NCBI GenBank assembly: GCA_029976075.1
Contig: JARKNW010000087.1
Span: 68,511 to 132,510 of the forward strand
DNA from: Pleomorphomonas sp.
GTDB taxonomy: Bacteria; Pseudomonadota; Alphaproteobacteria; Rhizobiales; Pleomorphomonadaceae
DNA length: 64,000 bases
Direction: 5' to 3'
Made by a program: the position numbers and the translations under genes. Under the pieces are notes generated by a model. It made no database searches and had not been told where the DNA came from. It saw nothing but the letters and a program-made list of their open reading frames with translations. Of the stretch, positions 10,188 to 20,150 are shown piece by piece (position 1 is the first letter of the stretch; each line of letters opens with the position of its first letter).

Positions 10188-12287
10188 ATGAAAACGGTTC
10201 TCCTCATCAAGCTGGCCTTCCTGCCGGCCATCGTGTTCGGCGTCCTGACGGCGCTCGGCTATCGCCTGGCGGCGCTCGACATCGCCGCGCTGATCTCCAC
10301 CATCCTCGTTGCCTGGAACGTGTCGCGCGGGGCGAGCCGACCGCTGGAGACGATGCTGCTGGTGACCCTGTTCGGCTCGGCCGCCGCCACCCACCTCGGC
10401 TACGACCTCACCGACCGGGCGGTGGCCCTGCAGCTGTTCGGGCAGGGGCTCGGCGGCCTCTACATGGCGGCGCGCGGCCGGCACTGGACGAGCGACTACT
10501 CGTCCGCCCAGTATCCGAATGCCGTCGAAAGCCCGGCGTTCCACACCGTCAACGCCATCCTCTCGCATGTCTGGACCGCGCTGTTCTTCATCCTGGGGGT
10601 GGTTTCCTGGCTGAATGTCGGCGGCTGGTGGACGACGGCGGTGGTGGTGGGCGGCATCGTCCTCAGCATCTGGGGTCCGAGGCTGATGATCCGCCTGGTG
10701 GTCGGGCGGATGATCGCCGCCCGCCAGTTCACCGACTGGCAGCGTCCGAGCTTTACGGGCAAGGAGCCCGGCGAATATGACGTGGCGGTGGTCGGCGGCG
10801 GCCTTGGCGGGCTGGTGTCGGCGGCGCTGCTCAGCGATGCCGGGCTGAAGGTGATCGTCGCCGAGCAGCACGTCATCGCCGGCGGCTACTGCCAGCACTG
10901 GATTCGCAAGGTCCGCCATGCCGGCGCCGTGCGCGCCTTCCGCTTCGACGGCGGCCTGCACGACTTCTCCGGCGTGCGCGACGGCGCCACCATCACCGAG
11001 CTGCTGGCCCGGCTGGGCATCCGGCTCGACTGGGCGCGCGTCGGCCATTCCGCCTGGCGCGACGGCGCGTCCGTCAAGGTGCCCCAGGATTGGCGGGAGT
11101 ATGTGCGCAGCCTCGGCGAAGAGTTCCCCGGCAGCGCCGATGGCATCGCCGCCCTGTTCGACACCATGCTGAAGGTGGGCGAGGAGATGCGTTCGCTCGG
11201 CAAGGGCAACTGCGGGGTGCCGATGCCGCCCGAGAGCGCCGCGGCGGCGCTGGCCTTCCAGCGCGACAACCCCACCGCCATGGCCTGGATGAAGAAGCCG
11301 TTCGGCGACATGCTCGAGGCGTTCGTTCCCGAGGAGGCCGCCCGCCGGGCGCTCAGCCACCTGACCGGCTACCTCACCGACAAGGCGGACGAGCTGACGG
11401 TGGGCAACATGGCGCCGATCTTCGGCTACTATTTCTACGGCGGCTTCTACCCGAAGGGCGGTTCGGGCAGCGTGTCGGAGGCGCTGGTCGGCGCCATCCG
11501 CGAGCGGGGCGGCGAGGTGCTGCTGCGCGCCCCGGTCCGCTCCATCCTGGTGGAGGACGGCCGCGCCCGGGGCATCGAGCTGACCGACGGGCGCCGCATC
11601 AAGGCGCGGGCGGTGATTTCCAACGCCGACCTCAAGGCGACGTGCCTCAAGCTGTTGCCCGAGGGCGCGCTGCCCGCCGACTTCCGGAGGCGCATGCAGG
11701 AGGCGGAGCCCGCCGCCTCGGCCTTCATGGTGCATCTCGGCCTCGACATGCAGCCCGATCTCTCGGCGATCAACGGCGTGGTCGGCGAGGATGGCCTTTC
11801 GGTGGGCGTGATCTCGACGACGGTGGTCGACCCGACTGCCGCCCCTGAGGGCTACGGCACGCTGACGCTGTTGTCGCTCATCCCGCAGAGCGAGGCGGCG
11901 AGCTGGTTTGCCGGCAGCGACGCCTGCGATCTTGGGGGCGATCCCGACTTCGAGGCATTGCGCGCCAGCAACTCCTACGCCGAGCGCAAGGCGGCCTTCG
12001 GCGATCGGATGATCGCCGCCGCCAGCCGGCTGGTGCCCGGCCTCACCGACCACATCGTCCTCCGGGAGGATGCCTCGCCGGTCACCTTCGCCCGCTACGA
12101 CCGGGCGAGCGGCGGCGCCATCTACGGTCCGGCGCGCGGCGATCGCCTCGCGGGATCGCAGACGCCGCTGCCCGGCCTCTACGTGGCCGGCTCGGGCAAC
12201 ATGGGCCCCGGCGCCGAGGCCGCCTTCATCTCCGGCGCCCGGACGGCCGCCGCCATCGTGCCGGGGGTGCTCAGGGCGGTGGGGTGA
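10188..12287 (+). CDS. membrane-domain-fused FAD-dependent oxidoreductase (phytoene desaturase / retinol saturase-like)
   Basis: ~190 aa multi-TM N-terminus, then YDVAVVGGGLGGL...EQH..AGGY, YPKGGSG, VISNAD, GGAIYG, PGLYVAG. Confidence 0.85.
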   Translation: MKTVLLIKLAFLPAIVFGVLTALGYRLAALDIAALISTILVAWNVSRGASRPLETMLLVTLFGSAAATHLGYDLTDRAVALQLFGQGLGGLYMAARGRHWTSDYSSAQYPNAVESPAFHTVNAILSHVWTALFFILGVVSWLNVGGWWTTAVVVGGIVLSIWGPRLMIRLVVGRMIAARQFTDWQRPSFTGKEPGEYDVAVVGGGLGGLVSAALLSDAGLKVIVAEQHVIAGGYCQHWIRKVRHAGAVRAFRFDGGLHDFSGVRDGATITELLARLGIRLDWARVGHSAWRDGASVKVPQDWREYVRSLGEEFPGSADGIAALFDTMLKVGEEMRSLGKGNCGVPMPPESAAAALAFQRDNPTAMAWMKKPFGDMLEAFVPEEAARRALSHLTGYLTDKADELTVGNMAPIFGYYFYGGFYPKGGSGSVSEALVGAIRERGGEVLLRAPVRSILVEDGRARGIELTDGRRIKARAVISNADLKATCLKLLPEGALPADFRRRMQEAEPAASAFMVHLGLDMQPDLSAINGVVGEDGLSVGVISTTVVDPTAAPEGYGTLTLLSLIPQSEAASWFAGSDACDLGGDPDFEALRASNSYAERKAAFGDRMIAAASRLVPGLTDHIVLREDASPVTFARYDRASGGAIYGPARGDRLAGSQTPLPGLYVAGSGNMGPGAEAAFISGARTAAAIVPGVLRAVG

Positions 12288-12390
12288 TGGGGGCGGGGCT
12301 TGCTTGTTCGGGCCGTTCAGGACCAGGACGAGGGGCGCAGTTCGCGCGCACCACCATTGGAGCGCGATATCGGCCGCTCACTCCATCTTC

Positions 12391-12445
12391 CCGAGGTCCT
12401 GGCGAAGGCCAGGACCTCGGGCAGGAAGGGGCGCGCGAGATATAT
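12391..12445. repeat. REP family A (fused arms)
   Basis: CCGAGGTCCTGGC-GAAG-GCCAGGACCTCGG perfect hairpin followed by GCAGGAAGGG...GATATATC. Confidence 0.8.
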
Positions 12446-12477
12446 CGTGCTCCCGCAGCGATCTTCCCCGTCAGCCC

Positions 12478-12711
12478 TCAGGCGCCGGAAAACTTCACCG
12501 TCACCCCGCGCTGGCGGAAGTAGGCCTGCATCAGCTTGCGGCCGGAGCGGTTGCCGTGGGGGAGCCGGGCCGGATCGAAGACCGCTTCCTTCGTGCCCTC
12601 CGCAGCCAGCGCCGCCTTCAGCGCGGCAATGCGCAGGTCGATGTCTTCATTGTCCGCCTGCAGGGAGGCGTAAACCTGCTCGATGGCGTCGGCTACGGTC
12701 GTTTGGCTCAC
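12478..12711 (-). CDS. conserved small hypothetical protein
   Basis: 77 aa, GTG start with AGGAG RBS; GRKLMQAYFRQRGV tail; host-like codons. Confidence 0.7.
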   Translation of the reverse strand: MSQTTVADAIEQVYASLQADNEDIDLRIAALKAALAAEGTKEAVFDPARLPHGNRSGRKLMQAYFRQRGVTVKFSGA

Positions 12712-12845
12712 AACTCACTCCTGTCGCTCGTGGCGGTGCCCGCCATGATCTCTGGCCTGACCTATCGGGGTGAAAGGCCGTGGCGTCAATGGGGGAGGTG
12801 GGGTGGAGGACGGAGGCTTCACTACCCGGTTAAGTTGGATGGGGC

Positions 12846-12990
12846 CTTATATCAGCCGCTTGGTGCCTTCTGCCTGAGGTCCCCGCCTGCGCGGGGATGA
12901 CAAGTTTATATAACAAAAACATGAGTATAGATTGTCATCCTGGCGAAGGCCAGGACCTCGGGCAGGATAAGGCGCGAGGGATATATCGGG
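12846..12990. repeat. REP family A full REPIN-like element
   Basis: Inverted arms GAGGTCCCCGC-CTGC-GCGGGGATGAC / GTCATCCTGGC-GAAG-GCCAGGACCTC around an AT-rich spacer. Confidence 0.85.
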
Positions 12991-13100
12991 CGCCGGCAGC
13001 GCCCCCATGGGCCGTGTTTTGCCCCCGACAGGGCGTTGGGGTAGCTTGCCCCGGCGCCTTGCCCGGCAGGGGCTGGCGGCGCCGGAGCGGACAAGCCGAG

Positions 13101-13556
13101 ATGGAACGACACGACCTTGAAAGCTATCTGCACGAGCAAATCCCCCTTTCCCTGGCGATGGGGGTGTCGGTGCGCTCCGTCACCGATGGAGGCGTCACCC
13201 TTGCCGCCCCGCTCGCGCCCAACATCAATCACAAGAGCACCGTCTTCGGCGGCAGCGCCTCGGCGCTCTCCATCCTCGCGGGCTGGTCCACCCTGCATGT
13301 CCGCCTCCTCGACGCCGGCCTGCCGTCCGAGATCGTCATTCAATCCAATACGATGGAGTATGAGCGGCCGATGCGCGGGGAGTTCGTGGCGACGGGGATG
13401 ATCAGCGCGGCGTCGGACTGGCCGGGCTTCGTGAGGATGCTGGAGAGGCGGAAGAGGGCGCGGATCGAGATCGAGGCAGCGTTGAGGTGTGGGGAAGAGG
13501 CGGTGGGGGCGTTCAGAGGGCGGTTCGTGGCGTTCTTGAGGTTGGGGGTTGAGTGA
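13101..13556 (+). CDS. YiiD C-terminal-type hotdog thioesterase
   Basis: YLHEQIPLSLAMG...APLAPNINHKSTVFGGS...IVIQ. Confidence 0.88.
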   Translation: MERHDLESYLHEQIPLSLAMGVSVRSVTDGGVTLAAPLAPNINHKSTVFGGSASALSILAGWSTLHVRLLDAGLPSEIVIQSNTMEYERPMRGEFVATGMISAASDWPGFVRMLERRKRARIEIEAALRCGEEAVGAFRGRFVAFLRLGVE

Positions 13557-13584
13557 CAGATAACGAGTGCATTTTGGAGGTGTC

Positions 13585-15207
13585 TTACTCCGGCCAGAAA
13601 ACGACCATCTTCTCTTCGAGCAGATCGCGAGGGGCTGACCCTACCGTTCGAAACCTCGCTCCTGTTCCCTTAATCGCTTTCACTATCTCGGGGTCGGGGT
13701 GTTTCCAGCTCGGTCGTGTTGGAGCAGCAGCGGCGACCCAGAGCTCGGCATCGACTACTGGGTTTGCCGGATCATAATTGTGGGCCGATCCATGATGAGG
13801 AAGTACGAAGGTCATTATCCAATCTAGCTCATCACGATAGTGGGCTTTCAGATTGCTAACTGTCTTCGGGTCGTTGAGTCCGGCGTCGCCCGTTCCAAGC
13901 CAACCAATACGCGCAGTATGATGTTGAGGCATGCTTTTGTAGATAGAACCGGCTTTTCTGGGATTGGTCGGTCCCGAGTATAGAGAGAGCGACGTCTCAT
14001 TCTTGTCGCCAAAGGCCCACATATAAGCTTTCGAAATTGCCGTTCGATACTTAGTAACCAAGAGGCGTCGCTCATTTTTTTCTTGTACCTTCTGATAGAA
14101 ACTTCCGCGAGGCCAGTTGAGAAGGACTTCTACCGCCGCACCAAATGCGTCTCTACTTGCTCGCGAAGCGCTCTTCACATGAGGTTTGAGTCGCCAGCCA
14201 GCTTGGCCTTCGAGTTCTATCGTGAACGTCGGGCGCTCCACTAATATGGCGCCGTCAGACGTCCGAGATATGGAGGGCGGAAACATCTCCTCTGAGGTGG
14301 AACCGGTTGTACTCCAACGCAAAGCGTCCGGCGCTGACCTGGGCGGTTCTGGTGGCGGAGAGGAGAAACGGCCAACGCGGCCATCCTCGTCGGAGGGAGG
14401 GATCATCAAAATTTGTCTAGGACTAAAACGTCCGATGGTGCCGACTGGGTCGACTATCAAACTTTGATGGAAACGCTCCGAAGCTCGGTCCCCAACGATA
14501 TTCGCGTGTCTTGCAAAAGCTATGATCCGGTCAACGTCGTCTAGATAAGGAATAACTACTGTATCGACCAGAAATCCTGTTCGCTTGTTGAGGAGGTCTG
14601 GAATTCCGCAAATATGGTCTCTGTCAAAGTGTGAAATGAATAGTATATCAAGGAGGCGCGATGGGCGGCGCTTCAAAAGAGATTTGATTTCTCTTGCCAC
14701 TCCACTTTTGGGGTCGGAACCGCAATCGTAGACATAAAGAAAGTCGGCATCGCGTATTGCATCGCTATTTAAGGAGGTGCGCCATAGGGCCTTATCTCTG
14801 TCTAGCTTCTTAAGTGTGCCAACGTGGAAACCACCCTGCCCAACTGGAAATTGGTATCTATGGTGACTTACAATATGGTTCATTCCCTCACGCTTTAAGG
14901 CTTTCGGATGGCTCTGGGGTAAGCGAGCCGTCTTTAGAGCGAGAGTTTCCGTCTTGATCTGCTCTTGCTCTCGGAATTGGCGGCATCTTTCGTGGAACGC
15001 GCTCGCATCGAATAAAATCCGCTCGTGCTTAACAGCCAAACTTAATACTTTGTCCGATATGCCGTTCCGAAGTATATCGGGTGGGATGAGAGTGCTGCAG
15101 CCGTATTGCTGGGCTATCTCTCTTTGCAGATATGCAGTGGCGTACGATATCGCTCGTTCCCAATCTTCTTCGCTGATGTCGTCTGGTTTATTGTTTTTGA
15201 CTCTCAA
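13585..15207 (-). CDS. low-GC metallo-beta-lactamase-fold hydrolase (ComEC/Rec2-like); start may instead be 14883
   Basis: FPVGQG, VYDCGS, ISHFDRDH, LGTGD, LPHHGS motifs; A/T-rich codons. Confidence 0.75.
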   Translation of the reverse strand: MRVKNNKPDDISEEDWERAISYATAYLQREIAQQYGCSTLIPPDILRNGISDKVLSLAVKHERILFDASAFHERCRQFREQEQIKTETLALKTARLPQSHPKALKREGMNHIVSHHRYQFPVGQGGFHVGTLKKLDRDKALWRTSLNSDAIRDADFLYVYDCGSDPKSGVAREIKSLLKRRPSRLLDILFISHFDRDHICGIPDLLNKRTGFLVDTVVIPYLDDVDRIIAFARHANIVGDRASERFHQSLIVDPVGTIGRFSPRQILMIPPSDEDGRVGRFSSPPPEPPRSAPDALRWSTTGSTSEEMFPPSISRTSDGAILVERPTFTIELEGQAGWRLKPHVKSASRASRDAFGAAVEVLLNWPRGSFYQKVQEKNERRLLVTKYRTAISKAYMWAFGDKNETSLSLYSGPTNPRKAGSIYKSMPQHHTARIGWLGTGDAGLNDPKTVSNLKAHYRDELDWIMTFVLPHHGSAHNYDPANPVVDAELWVAAAAPTRPSWKHPDPEIVKAIKGTGARFRTVGSAPRDLLEEKMVVFWPE

Positions 15208-15451
15208 TGGTCTGGCTCCGTATTACTTTGGTATAATTTATTGATGGGCTGACGACTGTTAAGTCAGACTTGAATTAATAAAAACTATAATCTATAAATG
15301 GCAGTTAATATCTCGGAATGAGCGGCCTATTCATTTCTCCGGTGAAGCCGCCAGTAACTCCTCGCCAAAAACACCACCGCCGCCAACCTCTCTCAAGGCG
15401 GCGGCGGTCTGTGGTTCATAATCTCCAGCGAGGCACTCCGTCCTCAGCTCC

Positions 15452-16660
15452 TCACTGCATCGCCACCTTGTCCGGCAGCGGCTGTACGGGAACCCCCGGC
15501 CAGATCTTCTGCAAGTTCCCCGAGATGACCAGGTCGCTCTCCGTCAGCCCGGAGAGGATGGCGACGTCGGGGCCGTCGGTGCGGCCGATCTGGACCATGC
15601 GCTGTTCGACCTTGCTGTCCTTGCCGACGACGTAGACGAACTTGCCGAGCTGGCTGGAGCCGAGGGCAACCTGCGGGGCCATCAGCACGTCGGGCTCGCT
15701 GCCGACGGAAAGGCGGAGGTGGACGTATTGGCCGGGCAACAGGTCGAAGGCGGCGTTGGCGATGGTGGCGCGGGCGGCCACCGTGCCGGTGGACTGGTCG
15801 AGCCGGTTGTCGATGAAGGTGAGCTTGCCGGTGTAGTGCTTGCCGCCGCCCTGCGCGTTGTCGCCGGTGGCGCCGGGCAGGGTGATGTCGGCGGTCACCT
15901 CGCCCTTCTGGAGCGCCGCCTTGATGCCGGCGAGCTCCTTCTCGGACGGGTTGAAGGTGACGTAGATCGGGTCGAGCTCAACCAGTGTGTTCAGCACCGT
16001 CTGGCCGGAGGTGACCAGCGTGCCGACCGAGGCGGAACTGCGGCCGACGCGGCCGGCGAACGGGGCGCGGATGGTCGAGCGCTCGATGTCGAGCTCGGCC
16101 GCCTGCACGGCCGCCCGGGAGATGCCGATGGCCGCCTCGGCCTGGCGCAGCGAACTGGTGCGCTGGTCGTAGGTATCCTTGGCGAGGAAGCCCTTCTGCG
16201 ACAGCTCCTGCCCCCGGTCGAGGTTGGAGCGCAGGTAGTCCACCTGGGCGGTGTCGCGGTCGAGCTGCGCCCTGGCGGTGTCGAGGGCGGTCTGGGCGTC
16301 GCGGTCGTCGATGGTATAGAGCACGTCGCCGGCCTTGACGTCGGCGCCGTCGGCCACCTTCTGCTCCTTGAGATAGCCGGTGACCTTGGCCTGCAGCGAG
16401 ACGGACTGGATGGCCTCGGTGCGGGCGGGATAGTCGAAGTAGACCGGCAGCGTGCGCTTGTCGACCTTGGCCACCGGCACCGGCATGGCCTGGGGCGCCG
16501 GCGGCGCGGCGGTGGCGGCGGCCGGGGTGGCGAAGAAGTCCTGAACGTGCTGGGTTTCAAACGCGTAGTTGCGGACTGCCGGATGGTAGAGGCTGGCGCC
16601 GCCAGCGATCACCACCAGGGCGACAAGCGAGGTGACTGGGCGTCTTGTCAGGAAAGACAT
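15452..16660 (-). CDS. RND efflux periplasmic adaptor (MFP)
   Basis: N-terminal TM; AKVTGYL...GADVKAGDVL, IRAPFAGRVG, DPIYVTF, TGTVAARA, LLPGQYV. Confidence 0.93.
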   Translation of the reverse strand: MSFLTRRPVTSLVALVVIAGGASLYHPAVRNYAFETQHVQDFFATPAAATAAPPAPQAMPVPVAKVDKRTLPVYFDYPARTEAIQSVSLQAKVTGYLKEQKVADGADVKAGDVLYTIDDRDAQTALDTARAQLDRDTAQVDYLRSNLDRGQELSQKGFLAKDTYDQRTSSLRQAEAAIGISRAAVQAAELDIERSTIRAPFAGRVGRSSASVGTLVTSGQTVLNTLVELDPIYVTFNPSEKELAGIKAALQKGEVTADITLPGATGDNAQGGGKHYTGKLTFIDNRLDQSTGTVAARATIANAAFDLLPGQYVHLRLSVGSEPDVLMAPQVALGSSQLGKFVYVVGKDSKVEQRMVQIGRTDGPDVAILSGLTESDLVISGNLQKIWPGVPVQPLPDKVAMQ

Positions 16661-16674
16661 GGTGGAAACTCCGT

Positions 16675-19600
16675 TCACTCGGCCGCCTTGGCGAGGTCGT
16701 CTTCATCGGCCTCGTTGGCAGCTACGGGATGGGCGTGATGGAAGTGGGCGGCGTCGCGCTCGACTGCGGTGGGGTTCATTGCCTCGCGCAGGCGCTCGAT
16801 CACCACGTAGAACACGGGGGTGAAGACCAGCGTCAGCACGGTGGCGGCCAGCATGCCGCCGACCACGGCGGTGCCGAGCGACTGCCGGCTGGCGGCGCCG
16901 GCGCCGGTGGCGAACATCAGCGGCACCGCGCCGAGGATGAAGGCGAAGGCCGTCATCAGGATCGGGCGGAGACGCAGGCGGGCCGCCTCGGTGGCCGCCG
17001 CGATGATGCCGAGCCCGTCGTCGCGCCGCCGGCGGGCGAACTCGACGATCAGGATGGCGTTCTTGGCGGCGAGGCCGATCAGCATGACGAAGCCGATCTG
17101 CGAGTAGACGTCGATCTGCATGCCGCGCAGCTCTATCATTCCCATGGCGCCGAACAGTGCCAGGGGCACGGTGAGCATGACCACGAAGGGCATGGTCCAG
17201 CTCTCGTATTGCGCGGCGAGGATCAGGAAGACGAAGACGAGGGCGAGCACGAACACCATGCTGGCCGCCGACCCGGCCTTCAGTTCCTGGAAGGTGATGC
17301 CGGTCCACTCGTAGCCGAAGTCGCGCGGCAGTACCTCGCTCGCCACCCGCTCCATGGCGGCGATCGCCTGGCCGGAGGAGAAGCCGGGGGCCGGGCCGCC
17401 GTTGATCAGCGCCGAGGCGTTGGAGTTGTAGTGCGGCACCGTTTCCGGGCCCACGGTGGGCTTCAGCTCGCCGAGGGTGGAGAGCGGCACCATGCCGCCG
17501 CTGGAGTTCCTGACATAGAGGCGCGTCAGGTCGGTGGCCGCCGAGCGGGCGTCCTGGTCAGCCTGCAGGGTAACGCGGAAGGTGCGGCCGAACAGGTTGA
17601 AGTCGTTGACGTAGAGCGAGCCGAGATAGATCTGCAGCGTGTTGAAGATATCCGGCAGGCTGAGGCCCAGGAGCTTGGCCTTGTTGCGGTCGAGGTCGTA
17701 GATGAACTGCGGCGTCGAGGTGCCGAAGGATGAGAACATCTGTTGGGCGTTGAGCTCGGGCTGCTGGCGGGCGACGGCAAGCAGCGCCTGCGTCGCGTCG
17801 TTCAGCGCCTGGCTGCCCTGGCCGGTGAGGTCCTTCACCTGGAATTCGAAGCCGCCGGTGGCACCGAGGCCGGGGATGGACGGCGGATCGAAGGAGAGGG
17901 CGAAGGCGTCGGGGATGCCCATCAGCTTGGGGCGCACCTCTTCGACGATCTTCGAGGCGTTCTGATCGGGGCCGCGCTCTTCCCACGGCTTCAGGATGGC
18001 GAACTCCACGGCCGAGTTGGACTGGGCCGCCGAGGTGAGGAAGTTGAGGCCGGAGATGGCGCCGACGATATCGACGCCCGGCGTCTTTTCCAGGATGTCG
18101 CGCACCTGCTCGGCCACCCGGTTGGTGCGTTCCAGCGAGGCGCCGTCGGGCAACTGCACCACCACGAAGAAATAGCCCTGGTCTTCCACCGGCAGGAAGG
18201 TGGAGGGGATGCGGTTCCACAGCCAGTAGGTGGCGCCGATGGTGACGATGAACAGGGCCAGCACCACGTAGCGCAGCTTGACCAGCAGGCCGACGCTCGC
18301 GGCATAGGCGTGCGACATGCCGTTGAACGCCGTGTTGAACCAGCGGAAGGGCGCAAAGCGCGTCGCCCCCTGGTGGCGCAGGAAGGCGGCCGACAGGGCC
18401 GGGCTCAGCGTCAGCGAGTTGAAGGCGGAGATGCCGACCGAGATCGCCACGGTGAGCGCGAACTGGTTGTAGAGCTGGCCGGTGACGCCGGGGATGAAGG
18501 CGACGGGGATGAACACCGCCATCAGCACCGCCGTGGTGGCGATGATCGGCCCGGTCACCTCGCTCATCGCCTTGCGCGTGGCGGCGAGCGGCTTGAGGCC
18601 GGCCTCGATCTGCCGCTCGACGTTCTCCACCACCACGATGGCGTCGTCGACGACGAGGCCGATGGCCAACACCATGCCCAATAGACTGAGCATGTTCAGC
18701 GAGAAGCCGAGGAGATACATCACCACCAGCGTGCCGATCAGCGACACCGGAATGGCGATGGCCGGGATGACGGTGGTGCGCCAGCTCTGCAGGAAGATGA
18801 ACACCACGGCGATGACCAGCACCAGCGCCTCGCCCAGCGTCTTCAGGACGTCGTCCATCGACGCCTGCACGAAGCGGGTGGTGTCGTAGTGCATGGCATA
18901 GGAGATGCCGGCCGGGAAGCGCTTGGAAAGCTCCTCCATCTTGGCCTTGACGCCTTCCTGGAGCGCCAGCGCGTTGGAGCCGGGCATCTGGAACACGCCG
19001 AGGACGACGGTGGGGTCCTTGCCGAAGAAGGCGTTCGACGAATATTGCAGCGCGCCGAGCTCGATGCGGGCGACATCCTTGAGGCGCACCACGGCGCCGC
19101 TCGGCCCGTCGGCGCGGACGACGATCTCGCCGAACTCCTCGGGCGTGCTGAGGCGGCCGAAGGCGTTGACCTGCATTTCGAAGGCGGTGCCGGTGGGGGC
19201 GGGCGCCTGGCCGATCTTGCCGGCGGCCACCTGCACGTTCTGCTCGGAAATCGCCTGCTGCACGTCGACGGCGGTCAGCCCGAGGTTGGCGAGCTTGTCG
19301 GGGTTCAGCCAGATGCGCATGGAATAGCGCCGCTCGCCGAACACCTGCACGTCGCCGACGCCGGGCACGCGCTTCAGGGGATCGACGATCTGCAGCGCCG
19401 CGTAGTTGCTGAGGCCCACCTGGTCGACCGAATGATCCGGCGACACCAGGTTGACGATCAGGACGAAGTTGGGGTTCTGCTTCCTGACCGAGACGCCCGT
19501 CTGGTTGACGAGGGCCGGCAGCGAGGACGACGCCTGCGACACGCGGTTCTGCACGTCGACGGCGGCGGTGTTGATGTCATAGCCGGTGTTGAAGGTGACC

Positions 19601-19872
19601 GTGATGGTCGACGAGCCGTCGTTGGAACTGGTCGAGGACATGTAGGTCATGCCCTCGACGCCGTTGATCTGCTGCTCGAGCGGCGTCGTCACCGTGTCGG
19701 CCACCACCTGGGCGCTGGCGCCCGGATAATGGGCGGAGACCACCACCTGCGGCGGCGAGATGTCGGGGAACTGGGCGACGGGCAGCAGCACGTAGCAAAT
19801 GACGCCGGCCAGCACCATGATGATGGCGATGGCCGACGCGAAGATCGGGCGTCCGGTGAAAAAGCTTACCAT
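16675..19872 (-). CDS. HAE1 RND efflux permease (AcrB/MexF-like)
   Basis: FFTGRPIFA...LPVAQFPDISPP, AIGLVVDDAIVVVENVER, GLAAKNAILIVEFA, RLRPILMT. Confidence 0.96.
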   Translation of the reverse strand: MVSFFTGRPIFASAIAIIMVLAGVICYVLLPVAQFPDISPPQVVVSAHYPGASAQVVADTVTTPLEQQINGVEGMTYMSSTSSNDGSSTITVTFNTGYDINTAAVDVQNRVSQASSSLPALVNQTGVSVRKQNPNFVLIVNLVSPDHSVDQVGLSNYAALQIVDPLKRVPGVGDVQVFGERRYSMRIWLNPDKLANLGLTAVDVQQAISEQNVQVAAGKIGQAPAPTGTAFEMQVNAFGRLSTPEEFGEIVVRADGPSGAVVRLKDVARIELGALQYSSNAFFGKDPTVVLGVFQMPGSNALALQEGVKAKMEELSKRFPAGISYAMHYDTTRFVQASMDDVLKTLGEALVLVIAVVFIFLQSWRTTVIPAIAIPVSLIGTLVVMYLLGFSLNMLSLLGMVLAIGLVVDDAIVVVENVERQIEAGLKPLAATRKAMSEVTGPIIATTAVLMAVFIPVAFIPGVTGQLYNQFALTVAISVGISAFNSLTLSPALSAAFLRHQGATRFAPFRWFNTAFNGMSHAYAASVGLLVKLRYVVLALFIVTIGATYWLWNRIPSTFLPVEDQGYFFVVVQLPDGASLERTNRVAEQVRDILEKTPGVDIVGAISGLNFLTSAAQSNSAVEFAILKPWEERGPDQNASKIVEEVRPKLMGIPDAFALSFDPPSIPGLGATGGFEFQVKDLTGQGSQALNDATQALLAVARQQPELNAQQMFSSFGTSTPQFIYDLDRNKAKLLGLSLPDIFNTLQIYLGSLYVNDFNLFGRTFRVTLQADQDARSAATDLTRLYVRNSSGGMVPLSTLGELKPTVGPETVPHYNSNASALINGGPAPGFSSGQAIAAMERVASEVLPRDFGYEWTGITFQELKAGSAASMVFVLALVFVFLILAAQYESWTMPFVVMLTVPLALFGAMGMIELRGMQIDVYSQIGFVMLIGLAAKNAILIVEFARRRRDDGLGIIAAATEAARLRLRPILMTAFAFILGAVPLMFATGAGAASRQSLGTAVVGGMLAATVLTLVFTPVFYVVIERLREAMNPTAVERDAAHFHHAHPVAANEADEDDLAKAAE

Positions 19873-20063
19873 GTGCAGGCCTCGCCTTTCCCTGCGGACA
19901 TCATCCAGCAGGGAACTGTTTTGCCGTTGGCGTTGTTGTGAAGACGGTCGCCGATGCGCCGCAGTTGGCGGCCGACGTTTTCCGGATGCACCCGATCGGC
20001 GCGCATGACGGTCAGCACGATGGGATCGGCCAGCAGCTCGTCGAGCGTGAGTTCGCGTTTCAT
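19866..20063 (-). CDS. small hypothetical protein, first gene of RND operon
   Basis: MKRELTLDELLADPIVLTVMRADRV; GAAGGAG RBS; stop overlaps the permease start. Confidence 0.6.
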   Translation of the reverse strand: MKRELTLDELLADPIVLTVMRADRVHPENVGRQLRRIGDRLHNNANGKTVPCWMMSAGKGEACTW

Positions 20064-20150
20064 GCCGCATCTCCTTCGGGCTTGTACGAAAGGCGTATAA
20101 GGGCGTTGCCGCACCCGGAGGGGGCTAGCCTTGACGTCTCTGGAAGGGGG

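Noticed and set aside
9369-12053. 894-aa minus-strand ORF and similar long antisense ORFs (e.g. 43373-45166, 62408-63982, 36110-37321)
   Set aside because: Shadow frames of real high-GC genes; no motifs
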